Source of the DNA: Fibrobacteria bacterium
Lineage (GTDB): Bacteria; Fibrobacterota; Fibrobacteria; UBA11236
Direction of reading: 5' to 3'
Assembly: GCA_043745805.1 (NCBI GenBank)
Contig: JAYTSD010000045.1
Span: 96,001 to 160,000, forward strand
DNA length: 64,000 bases
The position numbers and the translations under genes are program-made. Position 1 is the first letter of the stretch. Every line of letters starts with the position of its first letter. Below are positions 39,175 through 47,525 of this stretch, piece by piece. The notes beneath the pieces are model-generated. The model worked only from the letters and a program-made list of their open reading frames with translations, had not been told where the DNA came from and searched no databases.

Positions 39175-39295
39175 GGGTCATCGCAGAAAATGTGGGGACC
39201 CGAAAAAATCAATGAATGCTGCTGGGGTACATTTGGAAGGACCCTGGTCACTCGAGGAAAAAGCCCGCGCAACGCTTTTAAACCCGGCAGCATTC
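39175..39295 (+). ncRNA. Candidate structured small RNA (unknown family)
   Basis: GC-rich island in an AT-rich spacer; hairpin GGGTC..GACCC (39175-39201) and 13-bp stem GAATGCTGCTGGG/CCCGGCAGCATTC (39214-39295); G.U pairs favour the + strand. Confidence 0.35.
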
Positions 39296-39305
39296 GGATT
39301 TACTT

Positions 39306-40682
39306 TTAACTCTCTTCGTGAAAATCAATTTTTGCATCCGCATGCACACTGAAACTTCCCTGTCCATTGATTACGATATGTAAACCAATTTTTTGTGTTT
39401 CTAATTTTGCTTTTAAACGATATAAGCGAATTTCAAAATTTGGTTTCTTTTGTCCGGCTAAAAGATTTTGATCTTTTTTGAAACTGCGATATTCAAATTC
39501 CTTTTTGCCTTTGTGAATCAATTCAATTAAAATATTGCGTAGTATTTTTGCAGAAACCGTTTTTAAAAAAATTTTTCCATTTAAAATGAGTTGTACTTCT
39601 TGAGGTCGATAAATAAAAACAATATTCGCTTCAAGCTGACTAATTAAATTTTGATGCTTGCGCATTAATGCTCCAGCAAAAATCTTTTCATGTTGTGCCG
39701 CATCTTCGACTAAGTGCTTGAGAAATAGGCCATTTTTTAACTGGACTTTTTGATGCTTAACACAAGTCATGTATATAGGAGCGCTGTATACACACTGGGC
39801 GTGGAGCAATATGCGCTGGCGTAAGGGGCAGAAAAAATCCTTTTCCATAAGGATTACTTGCGCTGCGGGAATTTTATATTTCGCTAAGCTTAACTCATGG
39901 CTTTTTAAAAAATCAGTGAAGGCTATTTTGTGACCGTAACATTCACCGTTTATCCATAATTGTTGACCTTTAACGCGTACGGAATGATCGGGTAAAATAT
40001 TATTTATAGAACGAATATCAGATAAATATTGCAACTGTGCAAAAGGCGCCAAGCCTAAAATTTTGGGAGCTTTTAAAATTTGGGGGCCGACTACAAAATC
40101 AAAATTAAAATTAAAGGCATGGGTAAAGGTTTTGTCGGGAATATAAACTAAATAGGATTGTACTGATTTTTTTCCCTCCACCTTTTTTACGCGGCGATGA
40201 ATATGCCCTGGCAAATATTTTTCCGTACACACCGAAATCAAATCAAAAACCATATCATGTGTATCCGTGGCATTGAAGGCCTTTTGCATCAAGGGATAAA
40301 ACCAAGCTAAAATTTCTTTACCAGGAAAATAGGTAGCGGCATTATTTCGATAAAGCAGTTTTTCTATGAATTTATTTGGAGAAACCCCCTTGCTGATTAA
40401 AAAAGGTTCCAAATCATTGACCACATAATAATTCCATCGCAATGGAATTTTTCCTTCACAGTGCCAAAGAAAATGCAGCAGCTCGGCGCCAATCAATATT
40501 TTATCGGGATAAACAATAGGGTGTGCTTCCCAAAACTCTAAAATCCATTCCCGTGGAAATAATTGCAACATAGTCACATACGAGGCGCGGTGAAAATCGT
40601 GAATGGTTAAGGGATCCTGCATGAGATAGCGGGTTTGTTCAAGGGGCGCTTCGTTATCTATCAGCAGTGCTTCTTTGATCAT
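39306..40682 (-). CDS. Putative transcriptional regulator, C-terminal winged-helix-like domain (paralog 2)
   Basis: C-terminal LNGKIFLKTVSAKIL..IL...GKKEFEYR.F...NFEIRLYRL..KL....GQGSF; paralogous to the adjacent gene over its full length. Confidence 0.65.
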   Translation of the reverse strand: MIKEALLIDNEAPLEQTRYLMQDPLTIHDFHRASYVTMLQLFPREWILEFWEAHPIVYPDKILIGAELLHFLWHCEGKIPLRWNYYVVNDLEPFLISKGVSPNKFIEKLLYRNNAATYFPGKEILAWFYPLMQKAFNATDTHDMVFDLISVCTEKYLPGHIHRRVKKVEGKKSVQSYLVYIPDKTFTHAFNFNFDFVVGPQILKAPKILGLAPFAQLQYLSDIRSINNILPDHSVRVKGQQLWINGECYGHKIAFTDFLKSHELSLAKYKIPAAQVILMEKDFFCPLRQRILLHAQCVYSAPIYMTCVKHQKVQLKNGLFLKHLVEDAAQHEKIFAGALMRKHQNLISQLEANIVFIYRPQEVQLILNGKIFLKTVSAKILRNILIELIHKGKKEFEYRSFKKDQNLLAGQKKPNFEIRLYRLKAKLETQKIGLHIVINGQGSFSVHADAKIDFHEES

Positions 40683-40696
40683 AGGAGTTGCTTTCC

Positions 40697-42049
40697 TTAA
40701 CCTATTTCGCGGAAATCGATTTTCCGATCACAGATTAAAGTAAAAGTTCCGCGTCCATTTTTCACTATACTTAGGCCTAATTTTTCTTGGTCGAGTTTTT
40801 CCATTAGGCGATAAAAACGGATTTCAAAATTGGAATTTTTTTGGTGGTTGGATATTTCAAAATCGGCTTTGAACTCTTTATACTCAAATTCAGTTTTACC
40901 CTCGCGAGTATAGGCGAGAAGAATATCCTTTAAAATTTTGGCGGGGGTATTTTTTACAAAATGTTTTCCATTGAGGGATAAACTTTGATCTTGAGCATGA
41001 TAGAACGCACGTATTTTATTTTCTAATTGCTTTACTAATTCCCCATGTTTTTTTTCCAATTCACTTTTGGAAAAGGATTTTTCTAAATCGGCATCTTCAA
41101 CCAAATGTTGTAAGAAACTGATTTTTTTCTTTTGCAACTTATGATGTTGCATGCAAATCATGTATAGCGGCGCACCATAAGCGCAATTGGCATAGAGGAC
41201 AATGCGTTTGCGGAGTGGACAATAATAATCTTTGTGCAAATGAAATACTTCGGCATCGGGCGCATCAATTTTGCCTAAATCAATATCCAATTTTTTCAAT
41301 AAAGCATAAAAAGTGGTTTTTTTGCCAATCCAATCCCCTTCGACATAGCAATCCGAGCCTTTATATTCGGCCTTTCCGGTCCATAGTACATCGTCTACGG
41401 TGCGTGTATCGCAAATATATTCAACGTTATTAAAAGCAGGCAAAGAAAGAATCTTGGAACTGGATTTGAATTGTTCTCCGGCCACAAAATCGAAATTAAA
41501 TTTTACCATATTGCTAAAATTTTTATCGCTACAATAAACCAAATAAGAATGTACCACATTTTCTTTTTCAACTTTTTTGACACGGCGACTTATATGTTGC
41601 GGTAATAATTTCGAGGTAAAAATATCAATCAGTTTATAAGCCATATCCCAAATATCATAGGCATTAAATACTTTGCCCATAAGCGGATAAAACCAAGACA
41701 GTATAGTTATACCTGGGATATACGTAGCTTGATTGTTACGGAAGAGAATTTTTTTAATGAAGCTATTTCCGTAAATACCTTTGGAAATTAAAAAGGGTTC
41801 AATAGCGTCACCCGTGGTATAATCCCAAGTGACAGGGACTTTATTATTCGCTTGCCATAAATGCTTAACTAATTCATCATCCGCAATGAGGTGTGTGCCC
41901 TCTTGAATAGGATATGCAGACCAAAACTCTTCCAGCCAATCCAATGGAAACTCAGCCAGCATGGTAAGATAAACGGAGCGTTGAAAATCATTAGTGGTTT
42001 TTAGCTTTTTATAAGCATTAGTCCATTTATTAATGAGCTGTTGTCCCAA
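40697..42049 (-). CDS. Putative transcriptional regulator, C-terminal winged-helix-like domain (paralog 1)
   Basis: TTG start after AAGAGG; C-terminal DQSLSLNGKHFVKNTPAKIL..IL....GKTEFEYKE...NFEIRFYRL.EKL....GRGTF. Confidence 0.65.
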   Translation of the reverse strand: MGQQLINKWTNAYKKLKTTNDFQRSVYLTMLAEFPLDWLEEFWSAYPIQEGTHLIADDELVKHLWQANNKVPVTWDYTTGDAIEPFLISKGIYGNSFIKKILFRNNQATYIPGITILSWFYPLMGKVFNAYDIWDMAYKLIDIFTSKLLPQHISRRVKKVEKENVVHSYLVYCSDKNFSNMVKFNFDFVAGEQFKSSSKILSLPAFNNVEYICDTRTVDDVLWTGKAEYKGSDCYVEGDWIGKKTTFYALLKKLDIDLGKIDAPDAEVFHLHKDYYCPLRKRIVLYANCAYGAPLYMICMQHHKLQKKKISFLQHLVEDADLEKSFSKSELEKKHGELVKQLENKIRAFYHAQDQSLSLNGKHFVKNTPAKILKDILLAYTREGKTEFEYKEFKADFEISNHQKNSNFEIRFYRLMEKLDQEKLGLSIVKNGRGTFTLICDRKIDFREIG

Positions 42050-42175
42050 TGTAGCCTCTTTAAACGATTCAAATGCCTTGTCAAATCTGCATTTTTTTAA
42101 AGCGGCTTAAACCCTAAATTCGGAGAAAAATAGGGTAAGAGAAAGTAAAATTAAGGTTTTTTAAGTTTTGTAAAT

Positions 42176-42841
42176 TTAAAACTTGGCGAAGTAAATTAAG
42201 CCTAAAACCAAATTCAAATACTCTTCACTTTTGTTTTCTAAGTCCAATGGCTTATTAATGAATTCATAAAAACGGTTGTGACGCAAGCTTTTATACAATA
42301 AATTGCTATCGTCATCGGGATTGCCGGTGATTAAAATGAATTTCAAATAAGGTTTGGTTTTATGCACTTCATCGCAAAGTTCATTACCTCCCATAAGAGG
42401 CATAACTTCATCGGTTATGACTAAAGCGACATCGGAATTAGTTCTTATAAATTCCAAGGCTTCCAATGGTTTAGTAAAAGTTTTGAGAGTTATTTTTTTG
42501 CCTAATTTGCGATTGAAAACAAAAAGATTGTCTTCTTCATCGTCGACATAAACTACGAGAGGGTTTTTATTAGTGGTAACAAAAAGTTTTTCCAAGTGCT
42601 CCAATAGTTTTGCAACGGTAAGATAGGGAAACTCGGTTGGGTTTAAATAATTTTCCAGGTTTAAACGTTTTCCCTCATATCGTTTTTCCAATTCATCTTT
42701 AATTTCAGAAAAGGCAACTTGATCCACACCAATATCTTCTAGAAAAACTTTATTCGTTTCGCATTCCAACAATGCGGGTAGTGTTGCGCCATTGTTTTTA
42801 AAAACATCATTTAATATTTCATATACTTCTTGTTTTGCCAT
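42176..42841 (-). CDS. Response regulator: serine-less ACP-like domain plus receiver domain
   Basis: ATG 42841 after GAGG; LEDIGVDQVAFSEIKDELEKRY..LTVAKLLEHL (ACP pattern, DS replaced by DQ); REC VYVDDEEDN, VITDEVMP, ITG, FINKP. Confidence 0.82.
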   Translation of the reverse strand: MAKQEVYEILNDVFKNNGATLPALLECETNKVFLEDIGVDQVAFSEIKDELEKRYEGKRLNLENYLNPTEFPYLTVAKLLEHLEKLFVTTNKNPLVVYVDDEEDNLFVFNRKLGKKITLKTFTKPLEALEFIRTNSDVALVITDEVMPLMGGNELCDEVHKTKPYLKFILITGNPDDDSNLLYKSLRHNRFYEFINKPLDLENKSEEYLNLVLGLIYFAKF

Positions 42842-42884
42842 GAGAACCCTCAATTATTGTATGCCATCAAAATTAAACCACAAT

Positions 42885-44060
42885 TTAAATCATTAAACTT
42901 TCAATTTTTAATTCCTTAATAGCTTCTGCGGTAACGATAGCCGTTTTTATAATAGCTTCACGAGTAATTTCGGCGTGAACTGAAAAACGAGCAAAACTTT
43001 TATCACGCGCTGAAGCTGGAGGAGCAAATACTGAAAATAAAATTCCTTTTTCTTTCATTTTTCCATAAAGGGCGCTAGCTGTATAGGGGCCTTTAAAAAA
43101 TACGGATACGATTTGACAATTACTTGGACCAGTGGGAATACCACGTTGATTCAACTCATCCCTTAAAAGTTGAGCCATATCCATGCAATGCTGCGCTCTT
43201 TGCGGTTCCCGTAAAATAACATTCAAAGCGGCTCTGTGACCCGCAGAGTTTGGTTCAGAAGGTGAAGAACTAAAAATAATAGAGTGACAACGAAATCTTA
43301 AAAAACGAATGGCTTGTAGGCTTGCTGCGATAAAGCCTCCATTGCCGCCAATAGCTTTGGACAAGCTAACCGTTCGAAAAGGTACTCTATCTTGTAACCC
43401 TAATGAAACGGCTAAACCACCGCCATTTTCTCCAATCATTCCAAAGCTATGGGCTTCATCTAGTACCAAGGCGCAGTTATACTTTTCACATAAAGCAATG
43501 TAGGTGGGAAGATCAGCAACTGATCCATCAGTGCTATAATAAGCATCGATGCAAACAATTCCCGTTCCATCTTTTTTGATTCTTTTTTCCAAATATTCCG
43601 GATCATTATGTTTGATTAAAACAGGTCTTCCTGAAGAAAGTTTCGCACCGGACCATAATGACGCATGCGCTTGATGATCAATGTAAATAGGCAAATCAGG
43701 TGTAGCTATTGCTTCTAATAAACCGACATTAGCGCACCAACCAGCAGTAGTTACGATTACGTCTTCGCTTTTGAGGCTTTTTTTTAATACTTCCCCAAAT
43801 TTTCCATGTTCACCGGTGTCGGCTCCAAAAACCAATGAGGCTACGCTACCTGTGCCAATATTGTTATTCGCTTCATCCTTGGCTGCTATTACCTCGGGAT
43901 GGCGAGACAAGCGCAAATAATCATTTTGATGTAATTCAATATAGGCTTTTGAATCTCCAGGTTGATCGAATGGATTCGGTTGATGGCCATCCATAAAATT
44001 CAACCAGTCCTCATAATGTTTGGTTAACCATGGCGTTGTATCTAAATCATCGGAAAGCAT
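42885..44060 (-). CDS. cqsA: CqsA/LqsA-like alpha-hydroxyketone autoinducer synthase (PLP-dependent alpha-oxoamine synthase family)
   Basis: LHQNDYLRLSRHP, GWCANVGLL, IYIDHQAHASLWSG, YSTDGS, DEAHSFG, SLSKA (PLP Lys), IIFSS: CqsA-type rather than BioF-type signatures. Confidence 0.75.
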   Translation of the reverse strand: MLSDDLDTTPWLTKHYEDWLNFMDGHQPNPFDQPGDSKAYIELHQNDYLRLSRHPEVIAAKDEANNNIGTGSVASLVFGADTGEHGKFGEVLKKSLKSEDVIVTTAGWCANVGLLEAIATPDLPIYIDHQAHASLWSGAKLSSGRPVLIKHNDPEYLEKRIKKDGTGIVCIDAYYSTDGSVADLPTYIALCEKYNCALVLDEAHSFGMIGENGGGLAVSLGLQDRVPFRTVSLSKAIGGNGGFIAASLQAIRFLRFRCHSIIFSSSPSEPNSAGHRAALNVILREPQRAQHCMDMAQLLRDELNQRGIPTGPSNCQIVSVFFKGPYTASALYGKMKEKGILFSVFAPPASARDKSFARFSVHAEITREAIIKTAIVTAEAIKELKIESLMI

Positions 44061-44148
44061 GGAACGGTCCTTTTATTATCTGTATAAATGGTTTGGATTT
44101 TGTGGTTTTTTGTGTATGTGAATGAATGTCTTGCTCAAATATGCTTCC

Positions 44149-44164
44149 GGGCCTTAATATTGCA
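44149..44164 (+). promoter_or_regulatory. Putative sigma-54 promoter for the cyclase gene
   Basis: GGGCCTTAATATTGCA: GG(44150-51)-N10-GC(44162-63). Confidence 0.4.
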
Positions 44165-44202
44165 TTTGAAGCTAGAATTTTTGGCTTTTGAGGAAAAGGT
44201 TG

Positions 44203-45762
44203 ATGCTGAGAAAATTCTTTTCGAAGGATTTTTGGAATGGCCGTTCGGAATACCACCGAATGCTTTTTAATACTGACTATTCCTTTCAAAAACGTTTTAT
44301 GATGGTACTGGTATATATAGGCGCACCAGCCAATATATTTTTTCATTACTATGAACAAGATCAAGGTTATCAAGATTCTACCATTGGACGTTATGCTATT
44401 TCTCTGCTATTAGTTACACTAGTTTTCCTACCGAAGATTATCAAGCAAAATAAATGGCAAATATCGTACTGGGAACTCACACTTTTCATTTTTTTCCCAT
44501 GTATGAACACCGCCTTCATGCTGATGAATCATGTTAATCAGTATTGGTTTTCCACCTTTATTCTGGATATGGTATTTTTGGGCATTTTTACCAAATGGTA
44601 TATGATCCCTTTCCATTACATTTTTGGTAGTGCGGCAATAACATGGTGGTACTTTCACAATACAGGATATGATGCGAAATTATTTCAGGCCAATTTAAAT
44701 GCGCATGTGGCAGCCTTTCTAGGAACATGCGTTGCATCGGGAGTCGTTTTAACTATTGAATATGTTAATAAAAAATCTACTGAAGCTAAATTAGCGCTAT
44801 CTAAAGCGGAACATGATAGGCTCAGAACCTTAGAGCTACAAAAATCAAATGAAGAATTAAAAAAACGTGAGGAAATCATTAAGGTGTATGTGCGCCCATC
44901 CTTGTATGAAGAGTTAGCGGCGGGACATGACCCTCTCAAATTTCAACCTATTATGCTGCCTAAGGCGATTATGTTTTGCGACATTCGCGACTTCACTTAT
45001 TTGACGGAAATTCTTACCCCTTACGAAAAACAAACTTTTCTCAATCAATATTTCACTTTGATGAATCATGCCATTGTCAATAATGAAGGCGAAGTAGATA
45101 AAATTGTGGGCGATTGTATTATGGGTCTTTTTCCTAATGGCCGCGCAGCCGTACATGCCGCATTGGCCATGCGTAAGGCCTTGCACACATTTAATAATAT
45201 GATGTACAACAGTGGTCGTCGAAAAATCCCTAATGGTATTGGCATAGCCAAGGGCGAAGTGATGTTAGGCAATTTCGGATCTAATGAAAAACTAGATCGC
45301 ACGGTGATTGGTGAAGCGGTGAATATAGCTTCACGCTTGGAATCTAAAACCAAAATGTATGGTGTGGAAATTGTGGTGACTCAGGATGTGGTCGATGAAA
45401 TGCAGGGCTATCCCTATATGCGTTGGATTGACAATGCTAAGGTAAAAGGTTCGAGCCGACCTTTGCAGCTTTATGAAATTTATGGACATCAACCAGATGA
45501 AGTGATTGCCTATAAAGAAAAGACTAAAGTCATATTCGAAAAGGCTTTGACTATTTATTTCAATAAAGGTTTTAAAGATGCTTTACGCATGTTTCAATCT
45601 ATGTTATCCGAGGTTCCACCGCATAAATACAAAGCGAATGCACCCATGGATAATATTCTCAGCTATTATATTGAGCATTGCCGAACTTGGGTGAATGACT
45701 CCGCAGGGGCTTGGGACTTGCGGAATAAATGGGATGGCATTCATGAGTTTAAAGAAAAGTGA
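44203..45762 (+). CDS. Membrane class III adenylate cyclase with CqsS/LqsS-like 6-TM sensor domain
   Basis: Cyclase motifs MFCDIRDFT, VDKIVGDCIM, GIGI..GEV.LG.FG, DRTVIGEAVNIASRLE; N-terminal TM region with Y....R, YW..TL...P...FMLMN....W pattern as in CqsS. Confidence 0.85.
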   Translation: MLRKFFSKDFWNGRSEYHRMLFNTDYSFQKRFMMVLVYIGAPANIFFHYYEQDQGYQDSTIGRYAISLLLVTLVFLPKIIKQNKWQISYWELTLFIFFPCMNTAFMLMNHVNQYWFSTFILDMVFLGIFTKWYMIPFHYIFGSAAITWWYFHNTGYDAKLFQANLNAHVAAFLGTCVASGVVLTIEYVNKKSTEAKLALSKAEHDRLRTLELQKSNEELKKREEIIKVYVRPSLYEELAAGHDPLKFQPIMLPKAIMFCDIRDFTYLTEILTPYEKQTFLNQYFTLMNHAIVNNEGEVDKIVGDCIMGLFPNGRAAVHAALAMRKALHTFNNMMYNSGRRKIPNGIGIAKGEVMLGNFGSNEKLDRTVIGEAVNIASRLESKTKMYGVEIVVTQDVVDEMQGYPYMRWIDNAKVKGSSRPLQLYEIYGHQPDEVIAYKEKTKVIFEKALTIYFNKGFKDALRMFQSMLSEVPPHKYKANAPMDNILSYYIEHCRTWVNDSAGAWDLRNKWDGIHEFKEK

Positions 45763-45891
45763 AAGACAATTGAAAGCCAAGCGTAATAAATTGTCAAAAC
45801 CCATAAAATAAATTCCGCGCTTAACTTCCTTGCGGCAAATTTTTAAACATGCTACAATGAATTATTCTGGTTTTGTATTCAGGGGATTTGA

Positions 45892-47337
45892 ATGAGTTAT
45901 AAAGCAGCTCCAAAGCATTATGATTTTGTAATAATCGGTAGCGGCCCTGCAGGCCATGCGGCAGCTATTTGCGCAGCGAAGGCGGGAGTGAAAACGGCCA
46001 TTATTGATAGACGCGAGCAGCGTGGTGGCGTGTGTTTACATGCAGGTACCATACCGAGTAAAACTTTACGTGAAGCGGTGATGCATTTGCGTGGCGTGCG
46101 TTTGCGATCTTTTTATAAAGAAAAAATGAGTGGGCAAGGTCAAATTACTTTGGAAGATTTGCATGTGCGTATTGATAAGGTTTTAGCGCAACAAATGGAT
46201 GTGCTGGATCATCAATTGCGTCGCAATGGCGTAGATATTTATTATGGTCAGGCTGAGTTTGAAGATGGCCATACATTGCGTTTAACCACCTTGGAAGACG
46301 GCGAAGTAGGACGCTTACAAGCCGGTAAAATTTTGGTTTGTACTGGCACGGTGCCGCGTCGCCCACCGGAAATCCCTTTTGATCAAGAAGTTATTTTCGA
46401 TAGTAATTTTCTTTTTTCTTCCAAAAATAAACGCCTCAATTTGCCTGAGTCCTTAATTATTGTGGGTGCCGGAGTAATAGGGACCGAGTATGCCAGCATT
46501 TTTGGATCGCTCGGTTGCAAAGTTTGGTTGGTGGATCAACGCGATGAATTATTTCGTTTTGTGGATGATGAAATCGCTTTGCATCTCAGTAAGGATTTGC
46601 AAAATGAAGGCGTAGAATTACGCATGGGACATAAAATTGGAAAAATTTCTCGCAGTCCCTCCGGCCAAGCGCGCTTGGAATTAGACGGTGGGGAAGTGAT
46701 TGAAGCCGATGTGCTCGCTTATACCATGGGCCGCACGGCTTGTGTGGAACCCTTACATTTGGAACGCGTAGGCGTTGTGCTTACTAAACATGGCACGGTG
46801 GAAGTGAATGAAACTTTGCAAACAGGACATCCCGATATTTATGCCGCAGGCGATGTGATTGGCTTCCCCGCTTTGGCTTCCACGAGTTCTAGTCAAGGGA
46901 TTATTGCCGCGCAAGATGCTTTAGGCTTGCCTGCGCCTACCAAAGCCACGATTTTTCCTTTTGCGATTTATTCCATACCGGAAATTGCCATGGTTGGTAA
47001 AATGGAACGTGAATTGGTCGCAGATAAAATTCCTTTTGCTAAAGGCGTTACGCTTTATCGAGAAAACCCCAAAGCAGCAATTATTGGCGATGAAACCGGC
47101 GCGGTGAAAATTCTTTTTTGTCCAGACACACATAAAATTTTTGGTATTCATATTATTGGAGACTTGGCTTCGGAATTAATTCATATCGGTTTAATGGTAA
47201 TGAGTTTGGATGGCACGGTGGATACTTTTGTGAATAATGTATTCAATTATCCCACTTTAGCTTCCGCATATAAAATGGCTGCACGCAATGGCTTAAATAG
47301 TTTGGAAGGAAAGAATACCACAAGGGATATTAGCTAA
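45892..47337 (+). CDS. sthA: Soluble pyridine nucleotide transhydrogenase
   Basis: IIGSGPAG, GGVCLHAGTIPSKTLREA, GAGVIGTEYASIF, GDVIGFPALAS, IYSIPEI, ELIHIG, FNYPTLA.AYK.AA. Confidence 0.92.
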   Translation: MSYKAAPKHYDFVIIGSGPAGHAAAICAAKAGVKTAIIDRREQRGGVCLHAGTIPSKTLREAVMHLRGVRLRSFYKEKMSGQGQITLEDLHVRIDKVLAQQMDVLDHQLRRNGVDIYYGQAEFEDGHTLRLTTLEDGEVGRLQAGKILVCTGTVPRRPPEIPFDQEVIFDSNFLFSSKNKRLNLPESLIIVGAGVIGTEYASIFGSLGCKVWLVDQRDELFRFVDDEIALHLSKDLQNEGVELRMGHKIGKISRSPSGQARLELDGGEVIEADVLAYTMGRTACVEPLHLERVGVVLTKHGTVEVNETLQTGHPDIYAAGDVIGFPALASTSSSQGIIAAQDALGLPAPTKATIFPFAIYSIPEIAMVGKMERELVADKIPFAKGVTLYRENPKAAIIGDETGAVKILFCPDTHKIFGIHIIGDLASELIHIGLMVMSLDGTVDTFVNNVFNYPTLASAYKMAARNGLNSLEGKNTTRDIS

Positions 47338-47398
47338 GGATAATGATTTCGCTTTTAAATAGTTGTTCCTAATTTGGCCTAAAGTATTTATATTAAGC

Positions 47399-47525
47399 AA
47401 GCTCATCCTGTGAGGTTTAGGCCTCACGCAATGAATGCGAGCAGAATTCCGCCAGGACGAAAGTAGCAACGGTACGCATCAATTTCATGTGCCGTGTCAA
47501 AGCTTAAAAGTAGCAGGGTGAGTTT
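47399..47525 (+). ncRNA. ffs: Signal recognition particle RNA (4.5S-type)
   Basis: Terminal stem AAGCTCATCCTG/CAGGGTGAGTTT; domain IV motif GCCAGG-AC-GAAA-GT-AGCAACGG with GNRA loop. Confidence 0.8.

Noticed and set aside
39175..39295. Known riboswitch or ribozyme (c-di-GMP-I, ydaO, hammerhead) or 6S RNA
   Set aside because: Their conserved core motifs could not be found by eye, and the element lies between convergent genes rather than in a leader.
42885..44060. Annotation as 8-amino-7-oxononanoate synthase BioF
   Set aside because: It has GW.ANVGLL and AH.SLW.G rather than BioF motifs, no bio operon context, and sits beside a CqsS-like sensor. Not fully excluded without a phylogeny.
44061..44202. 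CRP box (TGTGA-N6-TCACA) in the synthase/cyclase spacer
   Set aside because: Only a TGTGA half-site is present; the second half does not match.
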